From positions 1-60,110 of the IMG/VR virus record IMGVR_UViG_3300008110_000109: a DNA stretch of 60,110 bases; one strand, 5' to 3'. The notes under the pieces are model-generated. The model was not told the DNA's origin, did no database searches, and saw only the letters and a program-made list of their open reading frames with translations. Below, piece by piece: positions 55,504-60,110 of the stretch (positions within the stretch are counted from its first letter, which is position 1; each line of letters starts with the position of its first letter). The stretch is from a virus. Its lineage: Duplodnaviria > Caudoviricetes. Both the position numbers and the translations under genes were made by a program.

Positions 55504-56820
55504 ATGACAGATCCTTGCCAGAATGTAATTTCTGAGTTGGAAGCACATAATAGTCGTTTAGACAAAGAATCAATTATTGAAGTCCAATTGAGTCAAAGAA
55601 ACGATGAGTTCTTTGCCGGGTGCCGACTAGCGTTGGATCCTATGATCACTTTTGGACTTAAACAAATACCGGAGAAAACAAATGCGGATGGCCCTGGCCT
55701 ACCTTGGGATGGTTTTAATAGTATTGCTCAGCGTTTACGTAATCGTGAACTCACAGGTAATGTTGCACGTACCGCTGTAGAGGCAATGATGAATACTGCG
55801 ACTCAGTCGCAGTGGAATAGTTGGTATCGACGTATCCTTATCAAGGACCTGCGCTGTGGTGTCAGCGAAAAAACAATTAACAAAGTAGTAGGGAAGAAAT
55901 ATGCTGATTATGCTATTCCTGTTTTTAGTTGCCAGCTTGCTCACGATAGTGCTAACCATGAAGGCAAAGTCACAGGGAAGAAACTTATCGAAGTTAAACT
56001 GGACGGTGTTCGTGTTATCACTATTGTACACCCTGATGGCCATGTGGATATGTTTAGTCGCAATGGTAAAGAGCTTGTTAACTTTCCACACATAGCAGAA
56101 CAACTCAGTAAAGTTGCCAGTGGGTTTGATGAGCCTTATGTATTAGACGGTGAAGTAATGAGCAGTTCGTTTCAGGATCTTATGCGACAAGTTCATCGTA
56201 AGAGCGATGTCAACGCAGGAGATGCTATTCTTTATCTGTTTGATATTATTTCATTACACGATTTTAAAATTGGATTCAGTAATGTCTTGCAAACAGAACG
56301 TTCTGCCAGTCTCCAAACTTGGTTTGAAATTGAACAGGAACACCTGCCCAATATACGTGTATTAGAAAATGAAGCTGTTGATCTTGATGCACCGGAAGGT
56401 CAGAAACGTTTCCGTGAAATTAATCAGGAAGCTATCGACGGTGGCTATGAAGGTATTATGATTAAAGATCCGGAGGCACCCTATGAATGTAAAAGAACGC
56501 ACCATTGGCTTAAACTCAAGCCGTTTATCGAAGTTAGCCTTCAGGTCATCGAAGTGGAAGAAGGTACCGGAAGAAACGTGGGACGTCTTGGTGCATTGGT
56601 CTGCGAAGGCGTGGATCTTGGCAAGACGATCACAGTCAATGTGGGCAGTGGCTTTAGTGACGCTGATCGTGATAGTTTTTGGATCTCACGTAGTGAGGTG
56701 GTTGGTAAGATAGTTGAGGTTAGGGCAGATGCAATTACACAAAATCAAGACGGCACTTATTCTTTACGTTTTCCACGATTTCTCCGTTTTAGAGGCTTTG
56801 AACATGGCGAGAAAATTTAA
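55504..56820 (+). CDS. ATP-dependent DNA ligase (likely start MTDPC)
   Basis: KLDGVR, DGE, EGIMIK, WLKLK, SLRFPRF; AGGAG RBS. Confidence 0.95.
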   Translation: MTDPCQNVISELEAHNSRLDKESIIEVQLSQRNDEFFAGCRLALDPMITFGLKQIPEKTNADGPGLPWDGFNSIAQRLRNRELTGNVARTAVEAMMNTATQSQWNSWYRRILIKDLRCGVSEKTINKVVGKKYADYAIPVFSCQLAHDSANHEGKVTGKKLIEVKLDGVRVITIVHPDGHVDMFSRNGKELVNFPHIAEQLSKVASGFDEPYVLDGEVMSSSFQDLMRQVHRKSDVNAGDAILYLFDIISLHDFKIGFSNVLQTERSASLQTWFEIEQEHLPNIRVLENEAVDLDAPEGQKRFREINQEAIDGGYEGIMIKDPEAPYECKRTHHWLKLKPFIEVSLQVIEVEEGTGRNVGRLGALVCEGVDLGKTITVNVGSGFSDADRDSFWISRSEVVGKIVEVRADAITQNQDGTYSLRFPRFLRFRGFEHGEKI

Positions 56821-57052
56821 TATTAGACGCAGTATGCACAAAGACATGACCTACGGTGCATTAATGGAACTTGTCAAAAATCCAAAAGTGTGGCACGAAA
56901 GTAGTGTAGCACCGGAGTATAGTCACTTAACTGAAGATGGCAAAGATGCTATTGTACATGTCGTTGAAGAAATGTTTCGAGGTATGCAAACTATCCACAA
57001 TGCAGAAGTAAAAGAAGAAGCCAAACGACAGACTCTCGAGGCGATGAAATGA
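56804..57052 (+). CDS. Hypothetical protein (likely start MARKF)
   Basis: GAGG RBS, coupled ORF. Confidence 0.7.
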   Translation: MARKFNIRRSMHKDMTYGALMELVKNPKVWHESSVAPEYSHLTEDGKDAIVHVVEEMFRGMQTIHNAEVKEEAKRQTLEAMK

Positions 57053-57273
57053 AACTTGTTATGAAAGAAAGTAAGATTCGTACTATACGCCCCGGGGATA
57101 GTAAGTTTATGCTTAACGATGGACTGGTAACATGTCCTAGAGCAGGATTTGAGATTAGTCAAAGCTGTCCTGCAGAATATAAAAGTATTTTTATAACTGC
57201 AATAAATGCGGGATGGCTTAAGCCTGTGGCACATGTCTACGGTAAAGAACTAACAATGGATGCTTTAAGATGA
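57049..57273 (+). CDS. Hypothetical protein
   Basis: Coupled ORF. Confidence 0.7.
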   Translation: MKLVMKESKIRTIRPGDSKFMLNDGLVTCPRAGFEISQSCPAEYKSIFITAINAGWLKPVAHVYGKELTMDALR

Positions 57274-57452
57274 AGGTAGAAAGAAATCAAATTTGGGAAA
57301 GTGTTAATCGCACTGAGTTCCATGTAGATGATGTAAGAGAAATAGGCGGAGAGATTTGGATCTTCTATACCAATACCTTTACGCATCAGACACATAGTTG
57401 TCTACAACTTGCTTTTGAGCAAAGATTCACACCCGTGTTAAATCGCGGTTAA
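57270..57452 (+). CDS. Hypothetical protein
   Basis: Coupled ORF. Confidence 0.65.
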   Translation: MKVERNQIWESVNRTEFHVDDVREIGGEIWIFYTNTFTHQTHSCLQLAFEQRFTPVLNRG

Positions 57453-57475
57453 ATACATTTTTATAAGGAGTTATT

Positions 57476-58165
57476 ATGTTTGGAACAACCTACACAGGCG
57501 GAATGTCATATCGTTCAGCTAGTGAAATTAATTCAGCAATGGGCCGTGTCTATGGACACATGAGTCTTGCTGTTATTGTATCAATGATTGTCAGTTACTT
57601 TGTGGGCTCTAGTCCAGAGTTGCTACAATTCTTTTTTACAGGTGTGCTAAAGTGGATTGTAATTTTTGCTCCGCTTGTGGCTATTTTTGGTGTTGCTATG
57701 GTGCTGGCAAATAATCCCAGTAAAGGAGTAGCACAGTTATGCCTACATGGTTTTGCAGCCTTAATGGGATTGAGCTTTTCAATGATCTTTGCTGTGTTTA
57801 CCATGGGTAGTATTGTTAGTGCCTTTATGGGTGCGGCCGTATTGTTTGGGGTAATGAGCGGTTATGGTTACTTTACTAAACAGAGTTTAGATAGTCTAGG
57901 CAAGTTTATGTTTGTTGGTTTAATTGCTATCATCATTGCCAGCATTGTGAATATCTTTATTGGGTCAACTGTGATGCAAATGGTAATTTCAGCATTGGCT
58001 ATTATCATCTTCCTAGGATTAACTGCCTATGACACACAAAAGATACGTGAAGAACTGTCAGTAGAAACTAGTGATTCGGCAGAAGTACGTGGAGCATTGA
58101 CTCTGTACATGGACTTTATCAACTTGTTCTTAAACTTGTTACAACTGTTTGGCGATAGGAAATAA
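57476..58165 (+). CDS. Bax inhibitor-1/YccA family membrane protein
   Basis: About 7 TM segments; LTAYDTQKIR, ALTLYMDFINLFL. Confidence 0.93.
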   Translation: MFGTTYTGGMSYRSASEINSAMGRVYGHMSLAVIVSMIVSYFVGSSPELLQFFFTGVLKWIVIFAPLVAIFGVAMVLANNPSKGVAQLCLHGFAALMGLSFSMIFAVFTMGSIVSAFMGAAVLFGVMSGYGYFTKQSLDSLGKFMFVGLIAIIIASIVNIFIGSTVMQMVISALAIIIFLGLTAYDTQKIREELSVETSDSAEVRGALTLYMDFINLFLNLLQLFGDRK

Positions 58166-58166
58166 T

Positions 58167-58610
58167 ATGATTAGAGAGTTTATCAATATTGTAGAGGGAA
58201 TGGGCAAGGGCATCGACGATGATTGGTTTAAGGACGGCGGGTTCAAAACTTATAAACGTCCAGCCAAAGAGCGTTATGAGATTGCCGACGAACCCGGCAC
58301 TATTGACACGCTCGAAGGTCCAGTTAAGTATCCAAAAGGATTCTACATCATGACTGGTCCTAAAGGTGAGCAGTATCCTATTAGTCCAGAAAAGTTTAAC
58401 GATCTTAAAGATGACCTTGGTGATGGTGTTTGCACACCAAAGAAAATCATCAAAGTGGCTAAACTAGCAGATCACTCCGGAAGTGTTGACACAAGCTGGG
58501 GTGAGAAGTTATACTACAATCCAGACGAAGATGTTATTGTTCGGCATGGTGAAAATGACTACGGTGTAGTCAAACGAGATATATTTGCACAAACATACGA
58601 GAAAGTGTAA
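58167..58610 (+). CDS. PGDYG-like two-repeat protein
   Basis: TLEG...GPKGEQYP and TSWG...DYGVVKRDIFAQTY. Confidence 0.6.
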   Translation: MIREFINIVEGMGKGIDDDWFKDGGFKTYKRPAKERYEIADEPGTIDTLEGPVKYPKGFYIMTGPKGEQYPISPEKFNDLKDDLGDGVCTPKKIIKVAKLADHSGSVDTSWGEKLYYNPDEDVIVRHGENDYGVVKRDIFAQTYEKV

Positions 58611-59446
58611 TGGCACAGAGACACAATTATTGGTCATGCAGTAAATTTGCAGACTGGGTTCGGGGAACACCTAAACGAGGTGCTCTAACTTCTGACGGAT
58701 GGGCTGAATGGGAAGATGAAGCAAAACGCTACAATCCCGTTCGCTATTGGATTGCCGAAGAGGCCCTAGATGCCATCCAAAACTTTATCTGGTGGCCAGT
58801 TGATAAAATTTATGATGTTAAATACTATATTAATAACCGTTGGGTTAGTCGGACTCATAGTCTTACTGCTCACCCTCGCGACATCAAGCCCGGTCAGTGG
58901 CAGGATGTTGGTAACAGGTTTCTTCCCTGCATGTTCAACGAACTTGTTGACTTTGTCGAAATAGAAAGTGCTTGGAGTCATATTGCCTGGGGCAATAAAG
59001 AAGATCGTGCCAAATACAATCCTCCATTTTGGGCCAGTGGTTGGTTCCGTTGGCGTGTGTGGCGCTGTCCACAGGCAGGTCTTGATCATTTAGATTGGGC
59101 AATGACACTAACTAACACAGATTGGTGCGAGCCAGACCATCCAGACTACGGCAAGCCTACTCAACAGGCCATTAGAGCCAAAGAACTCAAAGAACTCTAC
59201 ATTTGGTGGACAGAAACATATCGTAATCGCCCTGATCCATATGAAGTAAGTGGTTGGAGTGAATACTGTGAAAAGGCTCGTGAGCTCAACGGTGGTAGAC
59301 TTTTTGGCGGTAAGTCAACTCCTGAACTCAAAAAAATGAGTGATAAGTCTCACAAGTTGCTCCAAAAAATTGAAGCAGCCTACGAAAAAGAAGACGAAGC
59401 TATGATGATTCGTTTGATTAAAGCCAGAAATAGTCTTTGGACTTGA
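58610..59446 (+). CDS. Hypothetical Trp-rich phage protein
   Basis: 278-aa coupled ORF. Confidence 0.8.
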   Translation: MAQRHNYWSCSKFADWVRGTPKRGALTSDGWAEWEDEAKRYNPVRYWIAEEALDAIQNFIWWPVDKIYDVKYYINNRWVSRTHSLTAHPRDIKPGQWQDVGNRFLPCMFNELVDFVEIESAWSHIAWGNKEDRAKYNPPFWASGWFRWRVWRCPQAGLDHLDWAMTLTNTDWCEPDHPDYGKPTQQAIRAKELKELYIWWTETYRNRPDPYEVSGWSEYCEKARELNGGRLFGGKSTPELKKMSDKSHKLLQKIEAAYEKEDEAMMIRLIKARNSLWT

Positions 59447-59471
59447 CATCTTCGCTTGATGAATATATAAT
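59443..59471 (+). promoter_or_regulatory. sigma70-type promoter
   Basis: TTGACA-17 nt-TATAAT. Confidence 0.9.
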
Positions 59472-59502
59472 TACTGTATTGTTAAACAAACAGGAGCAGA
59501 AA

Positions 59503-60110
59503 TTGGCTACTAAAGCACCAGCAAAAAAGACCCGTGTTACCAAAGCACAAGTCACAGCACATCGAACCAAAACGGCTAAAGACTATAGTCCAACTTGGGA
59601 CGCCGTTGAACAGATGAATGGTGCTCAATTTCTACGTCACTGGCATAGTGCAATGGCCTACTACCGCATGGAATTCAGCGGTAAAGATTTGAAGCCCGCA
59701 GTGATCAAATGGATGACCAGCGTCGATTGCGCCAAAGAAGACATTGCCGCATTTAAGAAAACCAAAGACAATCGTTGCAATTTGACCATGGGTTCTATTG
59801 CTAGTTGTCTGCTTCGCGGTATGCCTGCTGTTCGTGCAGATTTCAACGATGGCAGAAATACTGCTGAATGGTTGCGTAATGCAATTAATGATGTCATTGC
59901 AGAAGGCAAAGACGACGTTGATGAAGACGCAGTTGCCACAGAAGTTAAACCCGTTGTCGCACAGCCTACTATCCAAGAACGTGTTAAAGAAGCCGCTTAT
60001 AGGATGACTGAAGAACTGGAAGATGCCATTGAAGGCTTCCAGAAAGATCCAGAAAACTTTGATCCAAAAGCATTTAAGGTTCTTAACTTGCTCAAAGGCA
60101 AAGAAGTCAA
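59503..60110 (+). CDS. Hypothetical protein, TTG start, runs off the window; not in ORF track
   Basis: AGGAG RBS; open frame MATKAPAKKTR...PTIQERVKE to the end. Confidence 0.8.
   Translation, partial: MATKAPAKKTRVTKAQVTAHRTKTAKDYSPTWDAVEQMNGAQFLRHWHSAMAYYRMEFSGKDLKPAVIKWMTSVDCAKEDIAAFKKTKDNRCNLTMGSIASCLLRGMPAVRADFNDGRNTAEWLRNAINDVIAEGKDDVDEDAVATEVKPVVAQPTIQERVKEAAYRMTEELEDAIEGFQKDPENFDPKAFKVLNLLKGKEV

Noticed and set aside
59632-60007. ORF-track entries 59632(-), 59661(-), 59798(+)
   Set aside because: Shadows of the open + frame starting at TTG 59503, which has a promoter and RBS.
1-60110. Stop-codon recoding as in some large phages
   Set aside because: Genes are intact in the standard code, TAG and TGA both end coupled genes, and there is no suppressor tRNA in the window.

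Overview
AT-rich fragment of a large (jumbo/T4-like) dsDNA bacteriophage genome, standard genetic code, in four blocks. (1) 1-6.0 kb: dense + strand tRNA array (28 complete tRNAs, 1 partial, 2 tRNA-like RNAs) with interleaved structured ncRNAs, small ORFs and an RNA polymerase omega subunit. (2) 6.2-10.1 kb: a sigma70-driven unit of three structured RNAs plus a Ro60/TROVE-like vWA protein (DUF2828-type), followed by a CX5R phosphatase, a metallophosphoesterase and a broken P-loop kinase. (3) 10.2-48.4 kb: a tail-fibre-like gene, then about 37 kb of tailoring enzymes (9 radical SAM, about 13 2OG-Fe(II)/cupin oxygenases, amidinotransferase, nucleotide-sugar enzymes, SGNH-like, methyltransferases). 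(4) 48.5-60.1 kb: early/host-takeover genes (IF-1, ClpP, DNA ligase, BI-1/YccA). Best candidate for a new system: six RNAs sharing a covarying 7-bp closing stem plus an invariant ACAGCAA, three directly upstream of the Ro60-like gene and three inside the tRNA array. They carry different cargoes, including a complete circularly permuted tRNA-Ile(UAU) and an isolated tRNA-Lys(UUU) anticodon stem-loop. All family calls come from motif recognition by eye; no searches were run.
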